A stretch of 37,979 nucleotides of DNA from Planctomycetota bacterium (GCA_038227875.1 JBBRPR010000077.1:1-37979), one strand, 5' to 3'; positions 25,263 to 35,293 are shown, counted from the first letter of the stretch. Numbers and translations: made by a program. The notes: generated by a model not told the origin, from the sequence alone.

Positions 25263-26495
25263 TCACGTGTGGTAATCGGCGTTGATCGAAATGTATCCGT
25301 GCGTCAAATCGCAGGTGTAGAACTTGGAGCGTCCCGGCCCTTCGCCAACCAGCAGCACGACGCTGCAATCGCGTTCTTTCAGCGCCTCGGAGACGACTTT
25401 TTTGTCGAACTTCGTCGGCTGACCTTCGCGGAACACTTCGTGTCCGTCGAGCGTCAGCGACGCGTCCATCGGATCGAAGACCACGCCCGCGCGGCCGGCC
25501 GCGGCGAGGATGCGTCCCCAGTTCGGGTCGTTGCCGGCGATCGCGGTTTTCACCAGCGGCGATTCGGCGATGGTCTTGGCAATCTTCTTGGCGTCGGCAT
25601 CGTTCTTCGTGCCGCCGACGTAGATGGTGATCGTGTGCGTCGCGCCTTCGCCGTCGGCGGCGATCTGGCGGGCCAGGCTGTCGCAGACGGCTGAAAGCCC
25701 CGCGACCAGCGCTTCGAAATCCGCGCCGCTGGTCTTGCTGATCACCTTATTCCCCGCCTTGCCCGAGGCGAACATCACGAAGCTGTCGTTGGTCGACGTG
25801 TCGCCGTCGACGGTCACGCAGTTGAACGTTTCGTCGACGATCTGCGAGACGGCCTTCTGCAGCACCGCCGGAGCGACTGCTGCGTCGGTGGCGACAATAC
25901 CAAGCATCGTGGCCATGTTCGGCGCGATCATTCCCACGCCCTTGCACGCGCCGGAAACATGCACCGTCTTGCCGCCGATCTTCACCGTGACCGCGGCCGT
26001 CTTCGGCACGGTGTCAGTGGTCATGATCGCGCGCGCGAAATCGCCGGTGTTCTTCTTCGCTTTGACGAAGTCCACCGCCTTCGCGACGCCCGATTCGACT
26101 TTCTCCATCGGCAGCATGTGCCCGATGATCCCCGTCGAAAACACCAGCACCTCGTCGCTCTTCGCGCCGATGCCCTCCGCGACCAGCGCCGTCATGCGCT
26201 GCGCATCCTTCATGCCCTGCGGTCCCGTGCAAGCATTCGCGTTGCCGGCATTGATGACCAGCGCGCGGGCGCGGTTTTTGTTCGACTTGAGATTCGCGCG
26301 GCAGACCTTCACCGGCGCGGCGCAGACGCGGTTGAGCGTAAAACACCCCGCGACCGCCGAGAGCTCTTCGCAGTACACCAGCGCGATGTCCGGCGGCAAG
26401 CTCTTCGCCGTCTTGATCCCGCAGTGCAACGATGCCGTGCGGAACCCCGGCACCTCATGGATTTTTCCGTTCCAAGGTTTTACTGCGGTTGTCAT
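25263..26495 (-). CDS. argJ: Ornithine acetyltransferase / N-acetylglutamate synthase
   Basis: NAGNANACTG, STGIIG, AIMTTDT, KGVGMIAPNMATML, DGDTSTND, DGEGAT, DPNWGR, CDLTHGYISINADY. Confidence 0.95.
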   Translation of the reverse strand: MTTAVKPWNGKIHEVPGFRTASLHCGIKTAKSLPPDIALVYCEELSAVAGCFTLNRVCAAPVKVCRANLKSNKNRARALVINAGNANACTGPQGMKDAQRMTALVAEGIGAKSDEVLVFSTGIIGHMLPMEKVESGVAKAVDFVKAKKNTGDFARAIMTTDTVPKTAAVTVKIGGKTVHVSGACKGVGMIAPNMATMLGIVATDAAVAPAVLQKAVSQIVDETFNCVTVDGDTSTNDSFVMFASGKAGNKVISKTSGADFEALVAGLSAVCDSLARQIAADGEGATHTITIYVGGTKNDADAKKIAKTIAESPLVKTAIAGNDPNWGRILAAAGRAGVVFDPMDASLTLDGHEVFREGQPTKFDKKVVSEALKERDCSVVLLVGEGPGRSKFYTCDLTHGYISINADYHT

Positions 26496-26514
26496 TGTCG
26501 TCCTCGTTTTACAG

Positions 26515-26727
26515 AGTCATTGGTCAGTGGGTATTGGTCATCGGTCATTTTTCATTTACGGGGAGCGGATGGTTGCGCCCGTCCGTAATAACACCCGTAT
26601 CAGGTCTTCGTGAACGACCTGTGAAGAACCGTTGTCCTATTTCGAATCGCATGACCTTTCATGTATCTCAGTCTCCGCGTGCGAAAATGACCAATGAAAA
26701 ATGATCGATGCCCAATGACCAATGACT
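26515..26727. mobile_element. MITE-like element with heptamer-built inverted arms, flanked by CAG on both sides
   Basis: Left arm AGTCATTGGTCAGTGGGTATTGGTCATCGGTCATTTTTCATTTACG; right arm AAATGACCAATGAAAAATGATCGATGCCCAATGACCAATGACT; same family as 12364-12490. Confidence 0.55.
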
Positions 26728-26732
26728 CAGTT

Positions 26733-26781
26733 AAAAACAACTTGGCCCCTCTGATCCCGCGCTAACGGGAGAGGGGCCAAG
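26733..26781 (-). terminator. Intrinsic terminator after rpsI
   Basis: CTTGGCCCCTCT...AGAGGGGCCAAG 12-bp stem followed on the minus strand by TTGTTTTT. Confidence 0.7.
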
Positions 26782-26804
26782 ATGTAAGTGAACAACGCCC
26801 CAGA

Positions 26805-27212
26805 TTAACGCTTGGAGTACTGGAACCTGCGGCGGGCGCCGGCCTGGCCGTATTTCTTGCGTTCGACCATGCGGGAATCGCGGGTCAAAAAGCCTTCGTG
26901 GCGCAGACTCTTTTCAAGATTGCGATCGTACAGCAACAGCGCGCGGGCGATGCCCATGCGAATCGCTTCGGCCTGTCCGGTGATTCCGCCGCCGCTGACG
27001 TTACAGAACACGTCGAACGCCGTCGCCAGCTTCGAGAAGCGCAGCGCCTGCGTCACCGCGTTGCGGTGGCCTTCCATCGGAAAGAAATTTTCGATCGGGC
27101 GTTCGTTGACCAGAATGTGGCCCGAACCCGGCCGCATGCGGACGCTCGCCGTCGAACACTTGCGCCGTCCCGTGCCCCAGAAATATCCGCCTGTCGTGTC
27201 GTCGCTGCTCAC
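26805..27212 (-). CDS. rpsI: 30S ribosomal protein S9
   Basis: GTGRRK, GGGITGQAEAIRMGIARAL, LTRDSRMVERKKYG..GARRRFQYSKR. Confidence 0.97.
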   Translation of the reverse strand: MSSDDTTGGYFWGTGRRKCSTASVRMRPGSGHILVNERPIENFFPMEGHRNAVTQALRFSKLATAFDVFCNVSGGGITGQAEAIRMGIARALLLYDRNLEKSLRHEGFLTRDSRMVERKKYGQAGARRRFQYSKR

Positions 27213-27276
27213 TGTACTTTGAACTCCGTTCCAAACTTGGCCTGGTCTTCAAATCACAACGTAACGAATTTCGTGC

Positions 27277-27744
27277 TTATGCCAACGGCGCCCAGCTCTT
27301 CGGCTGCTGCGACGAATGCGGATGCTTGTCGCCCGCATACACCTTCAACTTCGAGAGCATCACCTTGCCCAGCATGGTCTTGGGGAGCATGCGGCGGATC
27401 GACTCGCGAATGATGGTGGTGGGGTTCTTAGCCTGCTCTTCGGCCAGCGTGCGCACGCGCAAGCCGCCCGGGTAGCCCGACCACTTGCGGTAGGTTTTGG
27501 ATTCGTACTTCTTGGGATGAATCTTGATCTTCTCGGCGTTGATCACGACGATGAAATCGCCAGTGTCCACGTGCGGCGTGTAAACGGGCTTGTCCTTGCC
27601 CATCAAGCGCATCGCCAGGGGAACGGAGAGCCGTCCGAGCGACTGGTCGGCCGCGTCGACGATGAACCAGTTCTGCTTCAGTTCACCGGTCTTGGCCGTG
27701 TAGGTCTTGAATACGTTGGTCTTTTGTACGCCCGGCAACGGCAT
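27277..27744 (-). CDS. rplM: 50S ribosomal protein L13
   Basis: WFIVDA, LGRL, GKDKPVYTPHVDTGDFIVVINAEKI, SGYPGGL, RRMLPK, LKVYAGDKHPH; AAGGAG upstream. Confidence 0.97.
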   Translation of the reverse strand: MPLPGVQKTNVFKTYTAKTGELKQNWFIVDAADQSLGRLSVPLAMRLMGKDKPVYTPHVDTGDFIVVINAEKIKIHPKKYESKTYRKWSGYPGGLRVRTLAEEQAKNPTTIIRESIRRMLPKTMLGKVMLSKLKVYAGDKHPHSSQQPKSWAPLA

Positions 27745-28045
27745 TTGAAAACTCCTTACGCCACCAGCCCTTTTTCAGGCTCGCGGCCGTGCAACCGACT
27801 TAAAACCTGCAACGCCCAATGAAAAACACAACCCGCCCAAACGGCGTGGGCGGGACGGCCATTGATAACGTAATAGGGTCAAATGTCAAGCAGGGTTTTG
27901 AATGCCACGAGAAAAATTACCACATTTTTCCGAGTGGTCAAAAGCCAACATGGGGACTGTAGTCCCTATCCTGATTCAAGATCGAATCGTCCTCGACATC
28001 CTATGATCCACGCTCGACAATCGCAAGCCGAACCGAGGGTCCTGC

Positions 28046-30163
28046 ATGCCAACGTACGCGCGCTGTCTTCCGTTTCTCGCGGGAGTTATTTCCATGGCGA
28101 CGAATCCAACGCTGCTCAGTTCCGAATGGAAAGCGGCCGACGTCCGCCTGCCCGCGACGCCCACTCGCCCGCTCATCGCCTGTTCACCAGAGGAACTCCA
28201 GCGCCTCCGCGCCGCCTGGAAAGCCACCGGCGCGGAACACGACGTCCTCGCCGCCACGGTTGCCGATGCCGACAAGGCCCTGGCCGAACCGCTCGACTTT
28301 CCGCCGCGCGGCGGGCAACACAACCAGTGGTATCAATGCGAAAAGTGCCAGCGCGCGCTACAGACGATCGACAGCACCCATCACAAATGCCCGGGCTGCG
28401 GCACGGTCTATTCCGGCGAACCGTTCGACGACGTGATCTTCGAACGCGTCCACGACCGCAACCTCTACCACGCGCGCACGACAGGATGGGCCTACGCGAT
28501 CACCGGCGAAAAAAAGTACGCCGACTTCACGACGCGGGTGCTGCTCGGTTACGCCGAACGCTACGAAACCTATCCGTTCCACGACAACTCGCGCAAGACG
28601 GGAACAACTGGCGGTCATCTCTACGAACAGACCTTGAACGAAGCGTACCACATGGCGATCAACATCGGCCCCGCCTTCGATCTGGCGTTCCCCGCAATGA
28701 GCGACGACGAGCGCCAGAAGATCCGCGAGAAGCTCTTCAAGCCCATGCTCGCCAACATCGACCACAACAAGGCCGGCAAGAGCAACTGGCAGTCGTGGCA
28801 CAACGCTGCCTTCGTTTCCGGCGGCGCGTGTCTCGACGACGTCGAATGGCTGAAGAAAGCGATCGACGATCCGAAAAACGGATTGCTGTTTCAGATGGGC
28901 GTCTCCGTCACCGGCGACGGCATGTGGTACGAGAACAGCTGGGGCTATCATTTTTACACGCTCAGCTCCCTGGTCGCGACGGCCGAGTGCAGCCGGCGCC
29001 TGGGCTTCGGTCTCTGGGGCTGTCCCACGTTCAAAAAAATGTTCACGCTCCCCGCGCAGTACGCCATGTCCGACGGCTCGCTGCCGCGCTTCGGCGACGA
29101 CGTGAACTCGAGCGCGCGCGGCTCCAGCGCCCTGTTTGAACCCGCGTACCATGTCTACAAAGACGACGTGCTGCTCGCTACACTCGACACCAAGCCGAAC
29201 TTCGAGAGCGTCCTCTACGGCCGCGACGTTAACGTCCGTGCCGCCGCGCTGAAACTGCAGAGCGTCGTCTTCAAGGACGCCGGCCACGCGCTACTCCGCA
29301 CCGACGGTCCGGCTCAGCTGACCGCCGCGTTCGTCTTCGGTCCGTTCGGCGGATTTCACGGCCACTTCGACAAGCTCAGCTTTGTCCTCTTCGGCTACGG
29401 CAAGGAACTCGGCGTCGATCCCGGCCGCGCCAAGAGCCAGGCCTACCGCCTGCCGATTCACACCAACTGGTATCGCGCGACGATTTCGCACAACGCTGTC
29501 GTCGTCGATAAAAAATCTCAAGACGGCGCCGGCGGAGAGCTCGACAGCTTCGCCGCCAACGAGCACTTTGCGCTGGCGCAGGCGCACTGCGATACCGCCT
29601 ACAAAGGCATCGCGCAGACGCGGCTGCTGCTCCTCGCGCCCGACTACGCGCTGACCTTCGATCAGCTCACCGCCGCCGACGGCAAAGACCACCGCTTCGA
29701 TTGGTGCTACCACAACCGCGGCGCGTCCGCCGATGCGGAAGGTTTACAGGAGACTTCGCCGCTGGCCGATGAGCATGGCCAGGAGTTCATGCGCAACCTC
29801 AAGAGCGCCACCCGCGACACGCTGCTGCGCGTCACGTTCCCCGACGAGAAGGTCACCACCGAGCTTCTGGTCGATGCCCAACCCGGCAGCGTGCTCTGGA
29901 CCGGCAACGGCGTCGGCGACTCCGTCGATCAGCGCGTCCCGTTGGCGATGGTGACCCGCACCGGAAAATCCGCCCGCTTCGCCGCCGTCATCGAGCCGGT
30001 CGCCGCGGGCAAGAAGGCCCAGGTCGACAGCATTTCCAGCAGTGAGAAAGACGGCGTCATCACCCTCACCATCTCCCGCGGTCAGGAGAAGGACGAAGTC
30101 ATCCTTACCGGCAAGCAGGCCGAAATCCGCCGCGACGGCAAAGTCGTCTTGAAGACGGAATGA
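28046..30163 (+). CDS. Heparinase II/III-like polysaccharide lyase (alginate-lyase-type helical domain plus beta domain)
   Basis: QTLNEA, NWQSWHN, DGMWYE.SWGYHFY, GGFHGHFDKLS, HNAVVVD; alternative start at ATG 28094. Confidence 0.8.
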   Translation: MPTYARCLPFLAGVISMATNPTLLSSEWKAADVRLPATPTRPLIACSPEELQRLRAAWKATGAEHDVLAATVADADKALAEPLDFPPRGGQHNQWYQCEKCQRALQTIDSTHHKCPGCGTVYSGEPFDDVIFERVHDRNLYHARTTGWAYAITGEKKYADFTTRVLLGYAERYETYPFHDNSRKTGTTGGHLYEQTLNEAYHMAINIGPAFDLAFPAMSDDERQKIREKLFKPMLANIDHNKAGKSNWQSWHNAAFVSGGACLDDVEWLKKAIDDPKNGLLFQMGVSVTGDGMWYENSWGYHFYTLSSLVATAECSRRLGFGLWGCPTFKKMFTLPAQYAMSDGSLPRFGDDVNSSARGSSALFEPAYHVYKDDVLLATLDTKPNFESVLYGRDVNVRAAALKLQSVVFKDAGHALLRTDGPAQLTAAFVFGPFGGFHGHFDKLSFVLFGYGKELGVDPGRAKSQAYRLPIHTNWYRATISHNAVVVDKKSQDGAGGELDSFAANEHFALAQAHCDTAYKGIAQTRLLLLAPDYALTFDQLTAADGKDHRFDWCYHNRGASADAEGLQETSPLADEHGQEFMRNLKSATRDTLLRVTFPDEKVTTELLVDAQPGSVLWTGNGVGDSVDQRVPLAMVTRTGKSARFAAVIEPVAAGKKAQVDSISSSEKDGVITLTISRGQEKDEVILTGKQAEIRRDGKVVLKTE

Positions 30164-30268
30164 CCCGATGCCCCGCGAGGAGTGGCCGGGCCCCTCGCGA
30201 ATCTCGATGCCACTGCGATCGCACTGGCAAAGCCGGACACCCGGCCGTCTCTGCTGTTCTGTGACGTT

Positions 30269-30296
30269 CTTTGCGTCTTCGCGGCTTTGCGTGAGA
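30269..30296. repeat. Short CTTTGCGT-type octamer tandem repeat
   Basis: CTTTGCGT CTTCGCGG CTTTGCGT GAGA. Confidence 0.6.
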
Positions 30297-30389
30297 TGAC
30301 CCGTCCCCGCGCCCCTATAAGGGAGGGCTCCAGAAGCCCCCAAATCCCCAAAACAAAAGCTAAATATTTTCGAAGATTATAGATTTGTG

Positions 30390-30411
30390 CCCCAACCCAT
30401 TCCCTACCCCC
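30390..30411 (-). other. G-quadruplex motif upstream of the TPR gene
   Basis: Minus strand GGGGG-TA-GGG-AAT-GGG-TT-GGGG. Confidence 0.45.
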
Positions 30412-30459
30412 AAGGATTGGGGTACATTAGGTACGTATACGGTAGAGAGACACAACGTC

Positions 30460-32430
30460 ATGGCACATCGTCCCCGTTCAAAAACCTCAAGTAACCGCCG
30501 CCGGAAAGCCGAAGGGAGTAAGCACATGCGGCAGAAGCGAGCGAGCCGAACAGCGACGTCGAAGCGATCAGCGCGACGCCGCAAGGTCAGTCCGACGGCT
30601 CGACAGCGGAGCGCCCGAAAGCGTGGGCGCTCCAAAATAAAGTCCGGGGGGACGTCATCCGTGGCCAATATTGGTACACGCAAGAAGAGTGTCCGCAGGA
30701 AGTCGATCTCGACCAAGGGTCAGCCGGCCGTCGCCGGATTGTCCGCGCGCCGAGCCGACATCCATCCGCTCGACCGCGCCATCTCGGAACTCCGTTCCGA
30801 ACTGGCCCGTACACCCGACGATCACACCATTCTCAGCCGCCTGGGCGCGCTCTTCTACCGCCGCGGCGATCTGGTCGAGGCGGAAAATTTCTACCGCCAG
30901 GCGATCGCGCTGGCGCCCAACCGCCCCAGCCTCTTCAACAATCTCGGCAATGTCCTCTGCGACATGGGCCGCATGCGCGACGGCATCGCCGCCTACGAAC
31001 ACGCGATGTCGATCGAAAAAGCGCTCGACCCTGGCCGCCCTACCTCGCCGGAAGCCGAAGCCAATCTCGAACTGGCGCGCATGGAATACCGCCTGATTCA
31101 CGAACGCGTCGAGTACCTGGAGAAGGCAGCGCAGTTGGACGTTTCGTCGGCTGAGGCCGGAAACGCTTTGGGGTGCGGCTACCTGCTGTGCGGGCGGCGG
31201 GAGAAGGCACTCGAAGCGTTCCGGCAAGCCGCGAAACTGGAAGCGCGCAACGTCTTCGCCGGCTTGAACATCGCCTTCGTTCACACGCTCAACCTGACCG
31301 GCCACGCCGACCTCAACGCCGCCGTCGCCGAAGGCGCAGAAGCGCTGATGCGGTTCCCCGGCGAAGCGCGCCTCTACATTCATCAAGGCGAACTGCTCGA
31401 AAATGGCGGACTGCTCGAAGCCGCCGAAGAACGCTACGTCCGCGCCATCCAGGCCGATCCGCGCTCCTATGAAGCGTACGATGTGCTCGGCCGGCTGCGC
31501 GAAGCCACCGGTTACGCGCACACCCGCGACGAAACCGCGCTGGCCGTCGACAAGACGTTGCGCGCGCTGGAAACCCACGCACGCGAACGCCGCGTGAAAG
31601 ACGGCAGCGCCTCCGGAGCGCTCCCTTTATACGACCTCGCCTTTGTCGAAGTCGCCCGCGCCCGCTTCATGCGCCGCCCCATCGCGCACGCCGCCGCCGT
31701 CGACGCCCTCTTAAGGGAAGCGATCGCCGCCGGCAAGGAAGCGCAGCACATCGAAGCCTCGCCGCGCGATCTCCGTTCCGTCGAAGCGCCCGCCCGCAAT
31801 GTCGCCGCTCACGCCGCGATTCTGCGAGCACGATTGCTGGAAGCCGAAGGCCGCCGCGACGAAGCACGCGTGGTGCTCGAACAGGTCTGCGCCTGGGACG
31901 CCAACTGTGCGCGCCTGTGGCTGGAACGCGGCAGCCTCGCGCTGCGCGCCGGAGCGATCGAAGACGCGCTGGAATTTTTCGACAAGTCGACGATCCGCCA
32001 GCCGCAGAACGCCGTCGCCTGTCATTCGCTGCGCTTCGCCTTCGAAGGCTACCGCCGCTACCGCACGGAACGCGTGCGCTTCGAAACCGCGACGAAAGCC
32101 GACGCCCGTGACGGCCTCGCGCATCACCACCTGGCGCTGGCCGCGCTCTCAGTGCTCAAAGACGAAGAAGCGCTCTTCCACTTCACGCGCGCGTTGGAAC
32201 TGGACCCGCGCCTGTCGGATGCCGCCTGCGGTCGCGGCCGTGCTTTGGAACGTCTCGGTCATTTCGACGAAGCCGAAGCTGCGTACGCCAAGGCCCTGGA
32301 CATCGACCCGGAAAACCCGGAAGCCCAGCGCGCCCTGATCGCATTGCGCTCCCGCAACCTGCTGAACAACGCCACCTCGTCACTGTTCATCCCCGAATAC
32401 GGCCGCGGCAAGGGACGAATGGACGAGTAA
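30460..32430 (+). CDS. Multi-TPR protein with a highly basic N-terminal tail
   Basis: Many TPRs (LGALFYRRGDLVEAENFYRQAIALAP; ALFHFTRALELDP; AYAKALDIDPEN); start placed at ATG 30460. Confidence 0.85.
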   Translation: MAHRPRSKTSSNRRRKAEGSKHMRQKRASRTATSKRSARRRKVSPTARQRSARKRGRSKIKSGGTSSVANIGTRKKSVRRKSISTKGQPAVAGLSARRADIHPLDRAISELRSELARTPDDHTILSRLGALFYRRGDLVEAENFYRQAIALAPNRPSLFNNLGNVLCDMGRMRDGIAAYEHAMSIEKALDPGRPTSPEAEANLELARMEYRLIHERVEYLEKAAQLDVSSAEAGNALGCGYLLCGRREKALEAFRQAAKLEARNVFAGLNIAFVHTLNLTGHADLNAAVAEGAEALMRFPGEARLYIHQGELLENGGLLEAAEERYVRAIQADPRSYEAYDVLGRLREATGYAHTRDETALAVDKTLRALETHARERRVKDGSASGALPLYDLAFVEVARARFMRRPIAHAAAVDALLREAIAAGKEAQHIEASPRDLRSVEAPARNVAAHAAILRARLLEAEGRRDEARVVLEQVCAWDANCARLWLERGSLALRAGAIEDALEFFDKSTIRQPQNAVACHSLRFAFEGYRRYRTERVRFETATKADARDGLAHHHLALAALSVLKDEEALFHFTRALELDPRLSDAACGRGRALERLGHFDEAEAAYAKALDIDPENPEAQRALIALRSRNLLNNATSSLFIPEYGRGKGRMDE

Positions 32431-32463
32431 GCGCTGAATGCGAAGTGATGAACGTTGAACGTG

Positions 32464-32496
32464 AAAACGCGCCGCTAAATGCGGCGCGTTTTTTTT
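32464..32496. terminator. Bidirectional intrinsic terminator
   Basis: AAAACGCGCCGC-TAAAT-GCGGCGCGTTTTTTTT between convergent genes. Confidence 0.85.
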
Positions 32497-32520
32497 CGAC
32501 GGGAGAACGAGCAGAGGCGC

Positions 32521-32766
32521 TTACAAACGGTTGACGTTGATCATGCCGATCTTCTGTGCTTCGCTCAGCCAGAGCGTGACTTCGACGCCGGAGTCGACGA
32601 ACTTGTAGCAGTTCTTATACGCGCATTTGACTTCGGGGGTGAAGCCGAGGCATTCGGGAAGATCGGGTAACCCGCGCTGGCCGATGCGGCTCCAGAGTAC
32701 GTCGCGGAGCTCGGTGTCGCTGGGCAACTGTGCGGCGTATGCAGCGTGGTCGGGGTGCGGGTTCAT
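32521..32766 (-). CDS. Small hypothetical protein (81 aa)
   Basis: GAAGGAG before ATG 32766; GC3-rich codons; ends at the terminator. Confidence 0.65.
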   Translation of the reverse strand: MNPHPDHAAYAAQLPSDTELRDVLWSRIGQRGLPDLPECLGFTPEVKCAYKNCYKFVDSGVEVTLWLSEAQKIGMINVNRL

Positions 32767-33030
32767 AGCAACTCCTTCGTGCTGATCTGTGCCATAGTGA
32801 AATCTATAACGCGAGCATGCTACGTCGCTTCGGTGAAAAATGAAGGGTGAATATATGGGCAAAATAGACCCATAACGCTCACGTGCACTGGCGCACGGTG
32901 TGTGGGCGCGCCCCAATTCTTTGCGGTTTCGTTTGCCAATGCGATTTTGACGTCGCGAATTCGCCGGACGAAAATTGAAAGACAACGTGCGGCTCGCATG
33001 CCAAAATGAGCAAGCCTACTCCGCGAGTCC

Positions 33031-34017
33031 TCACCGATCCTCCGGCTTCACTTCCGTCCACGTCGCGTCCGGATTGTATTCGTCCATGGCGGCGCCGAGC
33101 TTGCTCGAGTCCGGGCCGAGATCCTTCTGGTAGATCACGCCCTGGTGGTTGATCACGAAGGTCATGATGCCGGACGTGCCGTAATCGGCAGGGTAGGCGA
33201 CGAGCGCGAAGCCGGCGATCATGTTGCCGTTGATCACGTAATCGTACTTGCCGTTGGGCGGGTTGGCGCCCTGCTTGGTCAGCACCTTGAAGAAGTAACC
33301 AGAGTACGGAACGTCGGCGCCGTCGCGGAAATCCTGGCCTTCTTCAAAAGCGGCGTCGAGCGGGCTGGGTTCTTCCTTGGAATCGACGGCGATGGGCCAG
33401 TAGAGGCCGTCCTTCTTGTCCTTGCTGCTGATCAGCTTCTGTGCGTACTTCAAGACCTTGTCGCCGGTGTGATCCTTGGTGGCGTAGGCGCGCTGCGCAT
33501 CGTCGTAGGCGTCGACGAACCGGATGGCGTGGAGTTCGTTGCGGCCGATGCGCCGGTTGAGAATCTCTTCCTTGCCCGCGGCGGTATCAAAGCTCCAGGA
33601 ATTGGCCTTCTTCACCAGCGGAATCGGGTAGGGCCAGTCTTTGAGTCCCAAGTGAGCAGAGGCCTTGTCGCCGGTGGTGACGATGCGCAGGTTTTCCTTG
33701 GCGGCGGCACAGATTTTCTTGCGCACCTCGGCGCTGGCTTCCTTGTCGGTCTGAACGACGAGGTCGGTGTGCTGATGCCCGAGGACATCGAGCACCGCGT
33801 CGTCACTGTTCTTGGCCATGGCGTCGATCAGCGCGGCGAATGCGGCTTCGGGGGAGTCATAGGTTTTTTGCGCTGCCGGGTCGGCCGGCGCCGGCGCGTT
33901 GCCGGCCGGTTCGGCGGCGCTGCTGGAGCGCGTGGACGCGCAGGCGATGACGAAGGCTGCGCAGAGGGCCGCGGCGTACATTTTCCGGTGAACCTTTGAC
34001 GTCGTCGTGGTGCTCAT
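33031..34017 (-). CDS. DUF2950 family exported protein
   Basis: WPYPIPLVK..WSFDTAAGKEEILNRRIGRNE, DGLYWP, PYSGYFFKVL, GFALVAYPADYG.SGIMTF, YQKDLG; AAGGA upstream. Confidence 0.9.
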   Translation of the reverse strand: MSTTTTSKVHRKMYAAALCAAFVIACASTRSSSAAEPAGNAPAPADPAAQKTYDSPEAAFAALIDAMAKNSDDAVLDVLGHQHTDLVVQTDKEASAEVRKKICAAAKENLRIVTTGDKASAHLGLKDWPYPIPLVKKANSWSFDTAAGKEEILNRRIGRNELHAIRFVDAYDDAQRAYATKDHTGDKVLKYAQKLISSKDKKDGLYWPIAVDSKEEPSPLDAAFEEGQDFRDGADVPYSGYFFKVLTKQGANPPNGKYDYVINGNMIAGFALVAYPADYGTSGIMTFVINHQGVIYQKDLGPDSSKLGAAMDEYNPDATWTEVKPEDR

Positions 34018-34075
34018 TGTTTTAATCCTTTCACATCTAAGAAATGGAACGCATCACTTTAAATGGGTTTCAATA

Positions 34076-35293
34076 TCAGCGTTTGCGACTGGCAGCTCCG
34101 CGTGCGGATTCACGCTGCGTGGCGCGGCCATCGGACGGCCGTTGGAAATTCTGCTGCGGAGCCGGACGGGCTGGCGGCGCGGGACGGGCTGGCGGCGCCG
34201 GGCGCGCCGGGGCCGGAGTCGGCGTCCGGTTGCGGCTGGCTTCGCCGCGTGCAGCTTCGCGATGGACGGTCTGGCTTCCCGAGCCGAAACTTTCTGCATG
34301 CGAAGGTCGGGTGGCGGGGCGCGTCACCAGGGGTGCCACGGGAGTCGCGGGAGCCACAGGCCGCGCGGGCCGGGTTTCAGGTCTGGTCGCCGGACGTGTG
34401 CGCGAAGGCGGCACCACCGGGCGCACGTGGTCGGGAGTGGCGCGACCACTACGGTATTGGTTGCTAATCGGCGCGCGCGAGGCTCCACGCTGGTACCACG
34501 GTGGAATGGGGCGGTAGGGCGGGCGCCAGTACACGGGGCGGCTCGGGCGATACCAGCCGCCACCCGGCCTCCAGCTTTGGTAGTGGTAGAAATGGTGGTG
34601 ATGCCAGTCCCAGCTGTTCTCCAGCCAGACGCCGATGCCAAAGCCGATGCCAAAGCTGATGAACGGCCGCTCCTGCCGCACGTAGATCACTTCAGGATCG
34701 TAAGTGGGCACGTAGATGACATTGGGTTGCGCGGGAACGATCGTGATCGCGCCCTGGTCCTCGGAGACTTCCTGCTGCGGGGTACTGGTGAGATTGCCGG
34801 CGGCTTTCGCTTCGGCGCGGACCTGCTGGACGGTGTCGGAGACATCGGTCATCTGGTAAGTCACGGCCACGCCGAGCTTCTCAGTCCAGTCGGGATTGTC
34901 GTTGAGTTTCTTAAGCACCGTCGGGTAGTTGAGCAGCGCAATGACGCTGGGATCCCACGTCGCCGATTCCGGCGCTTCAGTGGGCGTCTTGGAGGTCTGG
35001 GCGTAACGATAGGCATCCGTAATCTGCGACGGAAACGCGCTGGCCTGGAGCGTCAGCGAGAGCAGCGCGTCGGGGTAGAGCGCGATCGGCGCGACCAGAT
35101 CGCGCAGTTCGTCGTCGGAGAATTTCTGAATCTGCGAGGCGTCGATGTCGGTCGATTCAACTTCGCCGTCGCCGAGCACGATCAGATTGGTATTCAGGAG
35201 CGCCAGAAACGCGCAGACCCCGGCAAGTAACAAGGGGCGAATGCGCTGATCGAGCTTTGGAATTTTCAGCATTGTAGATCTCCAGCGATTCAT
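34076..35293 (-). CDS. DUF3300 family protein with Pro/Arg-rich tail
   Basis: LVAPIALYPDALL, WDPSVIAL, WTEKLG, AGNLTSTPQQ, IYVPTYDP; usual partner of DUF2950; start 35293 or 35272. Confidence 0.9.
   Translation of the reverse strand: MNRWRSTMLKIPKLDQRIRPLLLAGVCAFLALLNTNLIVLGDGEVESTDIDASQIQKFSDDELRDLVAPIALYPDALLSLTLQASAFPSQITDAYRYAQTSKTPTEAPESATWDPSVIALLNYPTVLKKLNDNPDWTEKLGVAVTYQMTDVSDTVQQVRAEAKAAGNLTSTPQQEVSEDQGAITIVPAQPNVIYVPTYDPEVIYVRQERPFISFGIGFGIGVWLENSWDWHHHHFYHYQSWRPGGGWYRPSRPVYWRPPYRPIPPWYQRGASRAPISNQYRSGRATPDHVRPVVPPSRTRPATRPETRPARPVAPATPVAPLVTRPATRPSHAESFGSGSQTVHREAARGEASRNRTPTPAPARPAPPARPAPPARPAPQQNFQRPSDGRATQRESARGAASRKR

Noticed and set aside
32905..32945. c-di-GMP-I riboswitch-like words (GGCAAAC...GAAA...CGCAAAG) on the minus strand
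   Set aside because: The required paired stems and spacing are absent.
34160..34215. Tandem 18-bp repeats
   Set aside because: They encode the low-complexity PARPAP tail of the DUF3300 protein, an ordinary coding repeat.
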